From a virus, in IMG/VR virus record IMGVR_UViG_3300045988_144755: a DNA stretch of 64,000 nt; one strand, given 5' to 3'. Below are positions 47,894 to 57,565 of the stretch, one piece after another. Position numbers and translations under genes: made by a program. Under the pieces are notes generated by a model, which saw only the letters and a program-made list of their open reading frames with translations, did no database searches and was not told the DNA's origin. Within the stretch, counting starts at the first letter, position 1, and every line of letters starts with the position of its first letter.

Positions 47894-49518
47894 GCTAACC
47901 CCCTGCGAAAGTCTTCAAACAGTGTTGATATAAAGCTACCCATATCCCGGCCCATGTCAAGACTTTTGAAGAACTTTTTTTCTTCGGGCGATGCGACGAT
48001 GCGGATAATGCTAATCTTGTCAGCAGTTTGTTTTGCAGAACTCAACCGCTCCAGAGCCTGCGCATAGATGAACCCGCCAAGCGGAGGCGGCCCGTTGAAG
48101 ATGAGCGTATCGGCGGCGGACAGCTCAACCCCGTATGCCGTGGTCGTCGGGTGGCAGATGAGGACATGCGGGTCTTTCTCGTACTGGAAAGAGTGCAGTA
48201 CCTTTGCCCGGCGCTCCCCGGTGATGCTCCCGTCCACGACACCCACCGTATACCCTGCATTGGCAATGTCCGATGCCAGCTTTGCAATGACGCCCTTGTA
48301 ACAGCAGAAGACAACCACCTTGCGGTACGTCTCCCCTATTGCTTCAAGGATGGTGTTCGTCCTGTCCTTGCTGTCAATCTGGTGGACGGTGCCGTCCTCT
48401 CCAATGGCGATGCCCTGCGACACCTGCATCAACTTCTGGTACAGCACCCCGCCGTTGGCGGCAGTGATAACCTCACCGGAATCCAGCAGGGCTATAGCCT
48501 GTTGCCGCAGTGAAAGCCTCAGCTTCATCTGCTCGGAACTCAATGAGCACGACCGGGTTTGGGTAACGACTGGCGGCAAGTCTATGATGTCCTTCTTGTT
48601 GAAGCGCACCGCTGGTTGCATGGCCTCGTGGATAATCTTCGGGGCCGCGCTTGAGATTTGCCGCATGAAAGATTCCGTCCCGTAGGCATAGGTCGTCATT
48701 CCAATCCATGCCTTCTGGGTAGTGCAGGGCAACCTCGTGGCGTTGATCATCTTGCACATGCCGAACACAGTCTTCACGTTGTTCTCGGCGGGCGAACCCG
48801 TTATGCCGATAACATGCTTCACGTTCAACCGATTCACTATTGCATTAATGGCCTGATACCGCTGGCTGGAAACATTCCCGACATGGGTCAGCTCATCAAT
48901 GACAACCCCGGCAATCCGCCCGTCCCGCACCGCCTTGGCGAAGGCACCCTGAGACAGCCGGATGGAATCGTAGTTGGTGACGTAGTAATCCGCCGGGTTC
49001 TCCAGTTGCTTCTCTCTCCCCTTGCCGTTCACCAACTGAACCCGAACCCCCGGCAGGGTGGAAGTTATGCCATTCTCCCACACGTTCCGCATGGTCGTCA
49101 CCGTGGTGATGATGAGGAACGCGCCGGGCACGATGCCGTATCTCTGCATATAATCCATTGCTATGAGAAGGCACCCCGTCTTCCCCGTGCGGGGGTCAGA
49201 CAGGACATAGCACCGCGGGTTCAGCGTGATGAATGCCGCCGTGAAAAGCTGGTGCCACATCGGTTTATACATCCCCTCCACCAAGAGCTGGCTCTTGTGG
49301 AATACCGGGGCCGCGTCGACCGTGGCAATGCCCACGTTCTGCAACAAGCGGCAGGCATCTTCACACCACGGCAACTGAACCAATGTCTGGCCCTCGCCTT
49401 CCTTGACCACGGCATACGGCAAGTTCACCACAGCCCGGCGTTGCGCGGGGTCAGTGACCTTCACCACCATTTGCCCGTGGTCTTCAAAGACGACGATGTT
49501 ATTCCCAACAACAAACAT
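47890..49518 (-). CDS. SNF2/DEAD-like superfamily-2 helicase
   Basis: Walker A DPRTGKTG; DExH box VVIDELTH; C-terminal helicase domain. Confidence 0.75.
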   Translation of the reverse strand: MFVVGNNIVVFEDHGQMVVKVTDPAQRRAVVNLPYAVVKEGEGQTLVQLPWCEDACRLLQNVGIATVDAAPVFHKSQLLVEGMYKPMWHQLFTAAFITLNPRCYVLSDPRTGKTGCLLIAMDYMQRYGIVPGAFLIITTVTTMRNVWENGITSTLPGVRVQLVNGKGREKQLENPADYYVTNYDSIRLSQGAFAKAVRDGRIAGVVIDELTHVGNVSSQRYQAINAIVNRLNVKHVIGITGSPAENNVKTVFGMCKMINATRLPCTTQKAWIGMTTYAYGTESFMRQISSAAPKIIHEAMQPAVRFNKKDIIDLPPVVTQTRSCSLSSEQMKLRLSLRQQAIALLDSGEVITAANGGVLYQKLMQVSQGIAIGEDGTVHQIDSKDRTNTILEAIGETYRKVVVFCCYKGVIAKLASDIANAGYTVGVVDGSITGERRAKVLHSFQYEKDPHVLICHPTTTAYGVELSAADTLIFNGPPPLGGFIYAQALERLSSAKQTADKISIIRIVASPEEKKFFKSLDMGRDMGSFISTLFEDFRRGLA

Positions 49519-49521
49519 GAC

Positions 49522-49818
49522 TTACAATCTCATCCCCTGAATGATCAACCGGAGTTGATCAAGGTTGCTTTCGTTGATCACAAGGGCGATGCCACCCGCT
49601 TTCGTAACGGCATCCTTCTCCAGCATCTGGGTGGGCGAGAGCTTGTTCGCTCCGGCCTTGGCTTCAATGGCGAGGAACTTGCCGTTCACACAGCAGATGA
49701 AATCGGATACCCCGCGGCGGCCCAACAGCGTGCCCCTCGGCATGAAATAGTAAACGCCTTCATCCTTGAGCACAGACTTGATGGCAGTCTTAACCTTGCC
49801 TTCCGGCGTCGTCGCCAT
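49522..49818 (-). CDS. VRR-NUC domain nuclease
   Basis: GAGGG RBS before the ATG at 49818; PD-(D/E)xK-type motif GVSDFICCVNGKFLAIEAKAG. Confidence 0.6.
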   Translation of the reverse strand: MATTPEGKVKTAIKSVLKDEGVYYFMPRGTLLGRRGVSDFICCVNGKFLAIEAKAGANKLSPTQMLEKDAVTKAGGIALVINESNLDQLRLIIQGMRL

Positions 49819-49828
49819 AGCGATACCC

Positions 49829-50527
49829 TCACAGCCCGCACAACGGCGTGTTGTAGAAGTCGCAATACTTGCAGAACCTGTTCTTCCTGCTAGGGAAATC
49901 CTTATTGGCAATAGCCTTGTCCATCTCAGACATCAGCTCCACGACATCCTGCACAAGCTGGATGCCATTGCGGAAATCAATGGTCATGTCCACCGTCTCG
50001 CCCGCATCCACATACCAGTAGGCATAGGAAACAACCGGGCGGTCGAAAAGGATATGGCACAGCAGAGCTTCCACTCTAAGCTGGAAGTCGTCCGTATCCC
50101 ACTTCTTGCCCGTCTTGAAGTCCACCACATGCACGGGCATGTCAGGGTACTTCAGCGGGGGGACAAGGATCATATCGGCCTTGGCCCGCAGGTAGGCATC
50201 ATCATCCCACCATCCAGTCTTCGCCCACTGCCGGGATACCGTGAGTTCCTTTTCGATATAGAGCCTGTGCTCCATAGTCTCCACAAGCTCACGGCCCCAA
50301 AGGATTTGTTCCTGCACATACCCTTGGCACAGATCATCAGGCCACTTCGTTACCGAATCGTAACCATCAGACATGGCTTCTTCCAGAGCCTTATGGACAA
50401 GGCTCCCCCGGCTCTTCGCCACTGAAGCCTTCCACTTAATCTCCTTCGTGATGGACTGCCCCTCGAACCGACGCGGGCACAGCCTGTAGTTCATCATGTT
50501 GGATGGAGAGAATACAAACATCATCAA
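49829..50527 (-). CDS. Cas4/RecB-like PD-(D/E)xK exonuclease with 4-Cys cluster
   Basis: N-terminal Cys (YRLCPRRF), catalytic VDFKTGK, and C-terminal CKYCDFYNTPLC, the Cys-x(n)-CxxC-x5-C arrangement of Cas4/AddB-type Fe-S nucleases. Confidence 0.6.
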   Translation of the reverse strand: MMMFVFSPSNMMNYRLCPRRFEGQSITKEIKWKASVAKSRGSLVHKALEEAMSDGYDSVTKWPDDLCQGYVQEQILWGRELVETMEHRLYIEKELTVSRQWAKTGWWDDDAYLRAKADMILVPPLKYPDMPVHVVDFKTGKKWDTDDFQLRVEALLCHILFDRPVVSYAYWYVDAGETVDMTIDFRNGIQLVQDVVELMSEMDKAIANKDFPSRKNRFCKYCDFYNTPLCGL

Positions 50528-50531
50528 CCCT

Positions 50532-51509
50532 CTACGCTATGGTGTAATCGTCACCGACTTTGGAATCACAGGCCACGGGGAAACCGGGGAGCCAATCGGG
50601 AACGCTCGACATATCCGCTTCCATGAGCGACTGCACCCGCTCGGCATCGGCTTCCGGCACCACGGTAATCCATGCGTCATGCACATTGGCCTTGAGCGGG
50701 ATGCCATGCTCATACATCCGGCACGCCTGCCACATCAGCAACTGGAAAGCCAAGCCTTGGATCAGGTTCTCACACAGCAGGCCGCCGTAGATTTTGGTGT
50801 CCACCATGTTCTTCCCGAACGGGCGCTTGTAGAAGAACTCCTCCCGCCGCCCATCCGTCTGCACATGCAGGCCGGGATACCGAAGGATATACCCTGACGG
50901 CATCTTGACGCTAGGAGCCATGTTCTCCGCCCCATCGTACAGGTTGCCCTTAATGAAGGGCATGGCCTTGAACTGGAAGTAATCGTCGTTTGGCCCGCCA
51001 AATGTCCCTTCGGAACCTAGGTACAGCGCCCGGATAACTTCAAGGCAACGGCCCCAGAACTGGACGATGTTGCCATGCGTCAGACGGTAGACACTGTGGG
51101 CGTGCTTCGCCATCTGGTGGTGCTGTTCCAAATCAGCATGGAGCTTCACGCCGTCGCCCAAGAGGGAGTTGCTGAACTTCCTCCAGCCTACCTGATAGCC
51201 AGCGGACAAGATGGCTTTCTTACCAACATTCCGGTACATGGTCATACGGGGGTCGCCCGCCTTGTTCCCGGCTTTGATTTCCTTCCACGGCACGTTGAAG
51301 ATATTCTCGGCAAGTTGGGAATACGGGTCTTCCCCGGTGCGGAACTTATCCAAGAGGTCGTCCTGCCGGGCAATGTATGCCAACAGGCGCGCTTCAATCT
51401 GACTTGAGTCAGCGGCTACGACCTTATACCCCTTCGGGGCGACGATGGCCCGGCGAAGCGTAAGCATCTTCGGGTTGCGTTTACTAAGATTCTGCATTGT
51501 GTTCAGCAT
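50532..51509 (-). CDS. DNA polymerase I (family A), C-terminal palm/fingers fragment
   Basis: Motif A AADSSQIEARLLA; motif B-like KKAILSAGYQ; motif C NVHDAW. Begins at MLNTMQNLSKRNP, corresponding to the PNLQNIP region of Pol I. No strong RBS. Confidence 0.8.
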   Translation of the reverse strand: MLNTMQNLSKRNPKMLTLRRAIVAPKGYKVVAADSSQIEARLLAYIARQDDLLDKFRTGEDPYSQLAENIFNVPWKEIKAGNKAGDPRMTMYRNVGKKAILSAGYQVGWRKFSNSLLGDGVKLHADLEQHHQMAKHAHSVYRLTHGNIVQFWGRCLEVIRALYLGSEGTFGGPNDDYFQFKAMPFIKGNLYDGAENMAPSVKMPSGYILRYPGLHVQTDGRREEFFYKRPFGKNMVDTKIYGGLLCENLIQGLAFQLLMWQACRMYEHGIPLKANVHDAWITVVPEADAERVQSLMEADMSSVPDWLPGFPVACDSKVGDDYTIA

Positions 51510-52263
51510 AGGTCGTTACTCTATACCCGTTCTTGCGAACTGCTGTACGTCACCGTACAGATCAGACTATATCATGAGCGGTGCCATATACCGCCCCCGT
51601 GCGCTTCCACCCACTTGAGTGTACTCTCTTTCGAGATAGTCGTTGCACCTTCTATACCACGCCGCAATGCGGCATGTAGTCGTGTATGTGCGGCATTTGA
51701 AATAAGCACCAAATTAGAGAAATCATTATTCAGTTTATCCATATCACAATGATGTACTGAATATCCATCTGGTATAGCAGACAATCCCAAATGCTCACAC
51801 ACTACAACATGATGTTCATAGATATGCCGCTGAGATTCTTTGCTCGTATACCATGCTGGTTTTAAGACTAGCTTATACCCATACTTAGTAATACACCCAC
51901 CTTTATAATTGTGGTGTGTATCGCCAGTCTTGCCAGTCATTGGGCTGTTATCCCCTAGCTTGGACTGATGGTACCGCTTCCGCTTCAGACTGTGTATTTC
52001 ATCTGCGCTCATATGATTATGAATGATCTGATGCACACAGAAATAGCTTCTACCTATATGCTCTGCAATTTCTTCCACGGTCAGATTAGTATAACGATAC
52101 CTAAACAATACTTCGTTTATTTCAGCCTGTGTTACACGATTCCAAACTGGCATTATATACCTCTCTTCAACGGTAGATAAGCAGTTGTGGTATAGCTTGG
52201 CTCAGGATTGTCTTACATAGTAAGATGTTCCCTGAGTTCACACGGTTTTACAACCTCCAAAAA
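51510..52263 (-). mobile_element. low-GC insertion carrying an HNH homing endonuclease that splits the polA gene (free-standing HEG or intron)
   Basis: GC drops to roughly 40% versus about 60% in the flanks. Inserted exactly between Pol I TGRLSS-like and PNLQNIP-like motifs. Contains a hairpin CTGTACG-gtga-CGTACAG before the downstream polA fragment. Confidence 0.55.
51572..52153 (-). CDS. HNH homing endonuclease
   Basis: HHVVVCEHLGLSAIPDGYSVHHCDMDKLNNDFSNLVLISNAAHTRLH (HNH His/Asn/His pattern with Cys ligands); AT-rich codon usage. Confidence 0.8.
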   Translation of the reverse strand: MPVWNRVTQAEINEVLFRYRYTNLTVEEIAEHIGRSYFCVHQIIHNHMSADEIHSLKRKRYHQSKLGDNSPMTGKTGDTHHNYKGGCITKYGYKLVLKPAWYTSKESQRHIYEHHVVVCEHLGLSAIPDGYSVHHCDMDKLNNDFSNLVLISNAAHTRLHAALRRGIEGATTISKESTLKWVEAHGGGIWHRS

Positions 52264-53454
52264 TTAAAGGTTGGTTGCATCACTTGCACCCTCAGAGTTC
52301 CCCGCCGTCAGTCGGCTCGTGTGAGCCTTGAAGCAGTTCAGCATCACGGGCAGAGCCTTGCCCGACTTGGCGAGGGTGACGAACCGAAGCGCCCGGCTCA
52401 TCTGGATGGAGCTGTTGTTCTCCAGCCGGGACTGCACCAGCAGGGCAATGCGGTCGTCCTCATGGTTCTGCAAGTTCACGAACTCGTAGTCGTTCTTCGA
52501 CAGGGCGGGGGCCAGCACTTCATAGGATGCCGGATCCGCCAGCATCCCGACGACCTCGTTGATGCGCTTCTGTTTCGCATCGTCGCCAGCGTATCCATTG
52601 ACGACAGCATAACCTGCACCGGAGAGCGAAACATACTCTGCCTCCAGCTTCGCCCGTGCCGTCTTTGTCCTCGCCGCGCTCACCTTCATGGGCGGCTCCA
52701 TGCCGAGCGTCCGCATCATGGAGCAGAACTTGTCCGCACTGCGGATGTTCTGGAGGAACTCTTCCTTCGTGTGGAAATGGAAGATGCGGGACAGGTCAAA
52801 CCGCGCCCGTTCAGCCCGTTCCTCCAGCTCCTTAACGTAGGTATCGAGCAGGCTCGGCACCAACCGGAAGATGGGTTGCGTCCCCATCCGGCAGATGATG
52901 TTGGAAAACAGGATGGCATCCTTCGTAACCAGCCCTGACTCCAGCATGGTGTGCATGTTCTCGGAGCACTGCGTCACATCGTCGGCGCAGTATTGCTTGA
53001 AGAACTTCCGTTCTTCGGACGTGAAGTCATGGGGCCAATGCTTTCCGTCACTGACCACAGTGCCCGCCTTCTTCTCCCCGGTGCCGAGCAACTTCGTCAA
53101 CCGGGCGTGGCTCTCGTTCCCCAATCGGGACAGGCCAATCCATCGGGAGATGGTCATTGTGTCGAGGCACAGGTACGGCACAATCCCGTAATGCTCGGAG
53201 AGGATGAGCGCGTCGAACCCGTTGAGGTTGTGCCCCACAACGATGCAGTCCTTGCGGTTCGCAAGGTCGAGGGCTTGGAGCACGGCGGGTATCTCATGCG
53301 TCTCGAACACCTCAGTCTTGCCCCGGTCAATGCGGATGCCCATGAGCTGGACTTCAAACCGGGGGTCGCGAATGTATTCAATCGGCCCCATCTTGCTCAG
53401 GGTATAATCCTGATGCCGCCAGTAGGATTCATAGTCGATTGTGATTATATGCAC
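52264..53454 (-). CDS. DNA polymerase I (family A), N-terminal fragment with 3'-5' exonuclease domain
   Basis: Exo I ITIDYESYW; Exo II VGHNLNGFDALIL; Exo III YCADDVTQ. Ends ...HTSRLTAGNSEGASDATNL, like the TGRLSS motif preceding PNLQNIP. Confidence 0.75.
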   Translation of the reverse strand: MHIITIDYESYWRHQDYTLSKMGPIEYIRDPRFEVQLMGIRIDRGKTEVFETHEIPAVLQALDLANRKDCIVVGHNLNGFDALILSEHYGIVPYLCLDTMTISRWIGLSRLGNESHARLTKLLGTGEKKAGTVVSDGKHWPHDFTSEERKFFKQYCADDVTQCSENMHTMLESGLVTKDAILFSNIICRMGTQPIFRLVPSLLDTYVKELEERAERARFDLSRIFHFHTKEEFLQNIRSADKFCSMMRTLGMEPPMKVSAARTKTARAKLEAEYVSLSGAGYAVVNGYAGDDAKQKRINEVVGMLADPASYEVLAPALSKNDYEFVNLQNHEDDRIALLVQSRLENNSSIQMSRALRFVTLAKSGKALPVMLNCFKAHTSRLTAGNSEGASDATNL

Positions 53455-53497
53455 AATGTCGCTCCAGTTTATGGCCCCCCGAAGGGGGCCGCTCTGC

Positions 53498-54070
53498 TCA
53501 ATGGAACACTGCCATGATCTGTGCCTGTTCCTGCGGGGTCAGGGACAGGACATCGACCAGCACTTCCTGCGGGAGCTCGCTCTTCGCCACGAGGTCTTCA
53601 ATAGTGTTGACGCCAGCCTGAACGAAGGACAATACATAGCGAAGCAGGTCGCCCGTCATGACGACATCATGCTTTACGATGACGGACGCACGGTCAACGC
53701 CGATGTCGTCCACCGAGAACAGGCTCGGCTTCACGGGCGCACCCTGCGCAGCGGGCGCGGGGGCAGGCTCGGCAACTTCAGGCATGGATTCCGCCGCCTT
53801 CTTCTTGGAGGCCCGCTTCTTGGGGGCGGGGCGTTCCGCCGCTTCCAATGCGGCGAGGCGGTCGAGGATGTTCTCAAGCGTGGCCTTGTCGGTGCCGCCG
53901 CCCTGCTGGAGAACCATCTGTTCCAGTGCCGTACAACGGCGCTCAAGCCTGTCCACATCGCCGCCCATCTGATGGAGCGTGGCTTCTGCATCCTTCAGCC
54001 GCTTGATGATGGTGGGCAGAAGCTGGTTCAACAACACGTCCAACGGATTGCTCTGTACTTCGTCGCTCAT
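53498..54070 (-). CDS. hypothetical protein (190 aa)
   Basis: Coiled-coil N-terminus; Ala/Pro/Lys-rich linker. Confidence 0.45.
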   Translation of the reverse strand: MSDEVQSNPLDVLLNQLLPTIIKRLKDAEATLHQMGGDVDRLERRCTALEQMVLQQGGGTDKATLENILDRLAALEAAERPAPKKRASKKKAAESMPEVAEPAPAPAAQGAPVKPSLFSVDDIGVDRASVIVKHDVVMTGDLLRYVLSFVQAGVNTIEDLVAKSELPQEVLVDVLSLTPQEQAQIMAVFH

Positions 54071-54132
54071 ATAAACCTCCGTAATTAGACATTAGCTTGC
54101 TTATAGCATTTATCCTAAGTGTTGTAAAGCTA

Positions 54133-54354
54133 TCACTTAGAAAGTAAATGTTCCAAAGCGTCCACCCTATGTTCCATGTTCATCCTCCACTGATGGTGCT
54201 CGTAGCTCTCGCACGAGTTGACCAGAAGGATCATGACCATCACAAGGAACCATAGGAAGTACGCAATCTTAGTACCCATCATCGTTGTCCTCCCACAAGG
54301 TACCGTAGCGCCCGCTCCAGTAGGAACATACCGTATACCGGGCGGACTTAACAA
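54133..54354 (-). CDS. small membrane protein (73 aa)
   Basis: Hydrophobic core IAYFLWFLVMVMILLV. Confidence 0.3.
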   Translation of the reverse strand: MLSPPGIRYVPTGAGATVPCGRTTMMGTKIAYFLWFLVMVMILLVNSCESYEHHQWRMNMEHRVDALEHLLSK

Positions 54355-54637
54355 AGAATCTGAACTTGTCGCAAACGTAAACGTGCTTCCCCCTATTAGG
54401 GCTCACGTTCCGCAAGTACCTGCATGTCGAGCACCGCCCGTTATCCACACGGCGGTACCCGATTTCGTCCCGGATGTTCGGGACATTGGGCAGTCCATCC
54501 GCCTTCTCGAAGAGCGAATGAACCGCAGCGGGGGGGGCGTCTGGGTTCAGCACGCACATGATGCACACGTTGTCCCCGCTGCGGTAGTGACTGCAATACT
54601 GGCACCTAGGTTCCGGCGTTTCCCTCCATCGCGACAT
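54269..54637 (-). CDS. Cys-rich (zinc-finger-like) hypothetical protein
   Basis: AAGGAG 8 nt before the ATG at 54637; CQYCSHY...CIMC...CSTCRY...VCDKF. Confidence 0.4.
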   Translation of the reverse strand: MSRWRETPEPRCQYCSHYRSGDNVCIMCVLNPDAPPAAVHSLFEKADGLPNVPNIRDEIGYRRVDNGRCSTCRYLRNVSPNRGKHVYVCDKFRFFVKSARYTVCSYWSGRYGTLWEDNDDGY

Positions 54638-54845
54638 CAGGCTTGCTCCTTTGCCACTGCCGCAGGATAGCCTGTGTATTTTTGATAGCCCTTTGATCAC
54701 TGGTGCTTGTGCTCACCGTGATAATCTTCTCCCCATCCGGCGACAGCAGGCGCATATGTTTCTTCCTATACTGAAACGTCCAGCCGTCATTGACAAGCCC
54801 CACAATGAACTTGTCCATGTCCTTGTTGTTCACATACCGAGCCAT
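54606..54845 (-). CDS. HicA (YcfA)-like mRNA-interferase-fold protein, orphan
   Basis: FIVGLVNDGWTFQYRKKHMRLLSPDGEKIITVSTSTS...IKNTQAILRQ fits the HicA pattern (G-W...H...vtVp...ILkq). No HicB partner is evident. Confidence 0.35.
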   Translation of the reverse strand: MARYVNNKDMDKFIVGLVNDGWTFQYRKKHMRLLSPDGEKIITVSTSTSDQRAIKNTQAILRQWQRSKPDVAMEGNAGT

Positions 54846-54848
54846 CGC

Positions 54849-56558
54849 CTACCTCACCAACGCTTTCCTGAGCATGGCGAACATCGCCGCAGGAAGTTCC
54901 CTAATGTGCTTAATGACCTTGCAATCCTTAATCTGTTCGGACACTTCCTCTATTGCACCGCAGTCTATTCCGACGCCGAACACCTCCACGTTGTTCCGGG
55001 CCGCCACTTGCAACACGTACCGAAGGTACTCCATATCCTGCGCCTCGCCATCGGTGACGAGCAGGATAATCTTTCGGGAATCATCCCAATAGTTGAAGAA
55101 GCTCAGGGCATTTTCGACCGCCGAACCCGTGGGCGTGCCGCCGCTCGCCTGCATCCTGCTGAACCGGGAGATGTGATCCGACTGAGACAGCGCCCGCTCA
55201 AACGTCACCGCACTGTAATAATAAACGTCCGTCCTGATGCCGGGGATTTTGCGCAGGCTTCGGGCCAGCGCGTAAGTAGAAATGCTCGCCATCATTTCCC
55301 GCTGCCCCTGCATGGAACCAGAGCAGTCGGCTAGGATGACAACCTGAGCGTTGAACTTCAGCCGTTCCTCCTTGCGGTAGAACACACGCGGATTGTTGAC
55401 GTTCAGGCGGTAGACTTTCCGGGGGTCGAGCTTGCCACGGGAGGTATACCCGCCGCGGTTCAACACAATGGACTGCATCAACCCGGACAGTTGGGCATCC
55501 AGTTGCGCCGTGATGCTCATGGCCTTCGTAACAAAGCCGAAGGGCATTCGATCACCCTTCGCAAAGAGGGACAGCGGCGGGACGGAACGCACTATGAATG
55601 CCCTGCGGCTCCTGTCCTCAAACATATTCATAAACTTGTTGTGCATTGCCTGCAATTCAGCGCCCGCACTCTTGCCGATGTCCGTAAAAGTTGCCTGTTT
55701 CCCCGCGTCAGCGTTCTCGCGAAAAGAAAACTCCGCTGCTTCCCGCAGCATGTCCTTCATCTCTTCGGCAATTTTCTTTGGACTGTTGACGTAGTTCTTT
55801 ACCTTGTCCTGTAGACTCTTCTTGAACGAGTGCGAATCGGCAGGGTCATGCCCGGCATACGGGCGTTGAATGTACTGCTTGATGGCTTCGTACATTTCCT
55901 TACTGAACTGGCAACTAGCATACGTTGAAGTAAGTATGGGGAACCACTTCTCCATAATCGGCACAAGGTTCTTGGTCAGGCCGGGAGCCAAGCACTCCAC
56001 GGCCTTCTGTTCGGACGGAACGAATGGAAACAAATCAGCGACCAGCTTCGCCCGCAGATAATACAGGGTGTAGTTCATGACGTGCCTGACGAACATCTGG
56101 AAATGCAGCTCCAGATTGTTCTGTATCTTTCTCAGGAGGGCAATGCTAGGCTTGTCGTAGTTCTCCGTAAATAGATGCTTGGACAACCAACGCAAGTTCT
56201 TCTCGCATCCAACGTACCGCTTCCCCATCTCACGCTCAACGTAAATATCCTCAGCTATGTTTATGAACGACATCACATACTCAGGGTCGTCACGCAACGA
56301 TTCCAAAAGGGTAAAGTCAGTGAACCGGACATGGCCCGCTTCGTGGTCGAGGTATCCCCGCACCATCCGCATATGCTGTTTGTCCAGCACATCCACGGTC
56401 GGGATGCTGATGCTGTAGGATGTCTTCCCCGTATACGGGTCTTGCTTTTGGTATGTCATTGCATTGCTGCCGCTGATGTCCACATCAACATTGTAGTTCA
56501 GGGACACAGCCTTGGCGACCATCGCCAAGGTTGCGCATTCCAGATTGCCGCACCTCAT
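54849..56558 (-). CDS. von Willebrand factor A (VWA) domain protein, CobT-like
   Basis: MIDAS motif VVILADCSGSM, then downstream T and D residues (LLVTDGEAQD). 569 aa. Confidence 0.7.
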   Translation of the reverse strand: MRCGNLECATLAMVAKAVSLNYNVDVDISGSNAMTYQKQDPYTGKTSYSISIPTVDVLDKQHMRMVRGYLDHEAGHVRFTDFTLLESLRDDPEYVMSFINIAEDIYVEREMGKRYVGCEKNLRWLSKHLFTENYDKPSIALLRKIQNNLELHFQMFVRHVMNYTLYYLRAKLVADLFPFVPSEQKAVECLAPGLTKNLVPIMEKWFPILTSTYASCQFSKEMYEAIKQYIQRPYAGHDPADSHSFKKSLQDKVKNYVNSPKKIAEEMKDMLREAAEFSFRENADAGKQATFTDIGKSAGAELQAMHNKFMNMFEDRSRRAFIVRSVPPLSLFAKGDRMPFGFVTKAMSITAQLDAQLSGLMQSIVLNRGGYTSRGKLDPRKVYRLNVNNPRVFYRKEERLKFNAQVVILADCSGSMQGQREMMASISTYALARSLRKIPGIRTDVYYYSAVTFERALSQSDHISRFSRMQASGGTPTGSAVENALSFFNYWDDSRKIILLVTDGEAQDMEYLRYVLQVAARNNVEVFGVGIDCGAIEEVSEQIKDCKVIKHIRELPAAMFAMLRKALVR

Positions 56559-56572
56559 CTCTCCTCCTTTTC

Positions 56573-57550
56573 CTAGAACAATCCACGGGCGTTGATGATG
56601 CCAGCCGTAGCCTTGAACTTCTCAAGCAAGTCGTTCATCTCATCGGGCTCAACGGGCACAGCGGGTTCCTCCCTGCGCCCCGTTGCGGCATCGAACATGC
56701 TGAGAACGTCCGTCTTCTGTTCCGTCTGGCGGCGGGCACACAGGGCCTTGATCGCCTCGGCACTCGACATGGCGGACAGGAGCCCGGAGAACATGCGCAC
56801 GATGTCCGGGTTCTTCAGCTTCTCCGTATCATCCACAGACATGAAGGCATCCCGCAGAAAGGCATGGGCTGCGCCGACATCAGGATGCAGGTAGGACAAC
56901 CCGTCCAGCTTTTGCAGGACGGTGCGCACCGGGCGCAGGGACTTGCGGGTGACGGTGGCCTTGCCCTTGAAGACTTCCTCGTAGATGTCCCGAATCATGC
57001 CCGCCACTTCTTCAAGCGCCGTGTCTCCCAAGCAACCGATGGTTGCGCCAAGGTTGTTCCCGTTGCTGGTCGTCGCCACGGCAATGGGCTCGACCTTGAA
57101 CAGTTGCCAGTGGAACTTGAACTTGCCACGCAGGGCATCCTTGGATGGCAGAGCATTGCGCAGGATGCCCGCCCATTGCGGGAACGCCTTGAGCCACTCC
57201 TCGGTTTCGGCATCGTAGCTTGCAAGGAAGTCCTGCACGGCGGCATTGAACTCGGATGCAACGCCCTCCAGCATCTGGTTGGCTTCGTCCATCTTGTCCT
57301 CGTGCATGAGCCAGCCGCCGAGGAACCGGACGCCCATCTTGTCGAGGCCACACAGGGCGCGGGCCTTCAACGTGTTGAAGATGCGCATCTTGGCGGGGTC
57401 AAAGAGGCGCTTCGATCCCATTGTCGCAAGGTCTTCGGGCGGGAGCTTGTCGGCATCGGGGATGTCCTCCCTGCGGAGCCTAGCGCGTGCCGACCAGATG
57501 CTTACGTCAAGGTGTACGCAACCGGAGTTGTTAACGACTGTCGTGTTCAT
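56573..57550 (-). CDS. conserved hypothetical protein between the AAA ATPase and VWA genes
   Basis: 325 aa, no recognisable motif. Tightly packed between 57566-58510 and 54849-56558. Confidence 0.5.
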   Translation of the reverse strand: MNTTVVNNSGCVHLDVSIWSARARLRREDIPDADKLPPEDLATMGSKRLFDPAKMRIFNTLKARALCGLDKMGVRFLGGWLMHEDKMDEANQMLEGVASEFNAAVQDFLASYDAETEEWLKAFPQWAGILRNALPSKDALRGKFKFHWQLFKVEPIAVATTSNGNNLGATIGCLGDTALEEVAGMIRDIYEEVFKGKATVTRKSLRPVRTVLQKLDGLSYLHPDVGAAHAFLRDAFMSVDDTEKLKNPDIVRMFSGLLSAMSSAEAIKALCARRQTEQKTDVLSMFDAATGRREEPAVPVEPDEMNDLLEKFKATAGIINARGLF

Positions 57551-57565
57551 GATGTACCTCCATTG

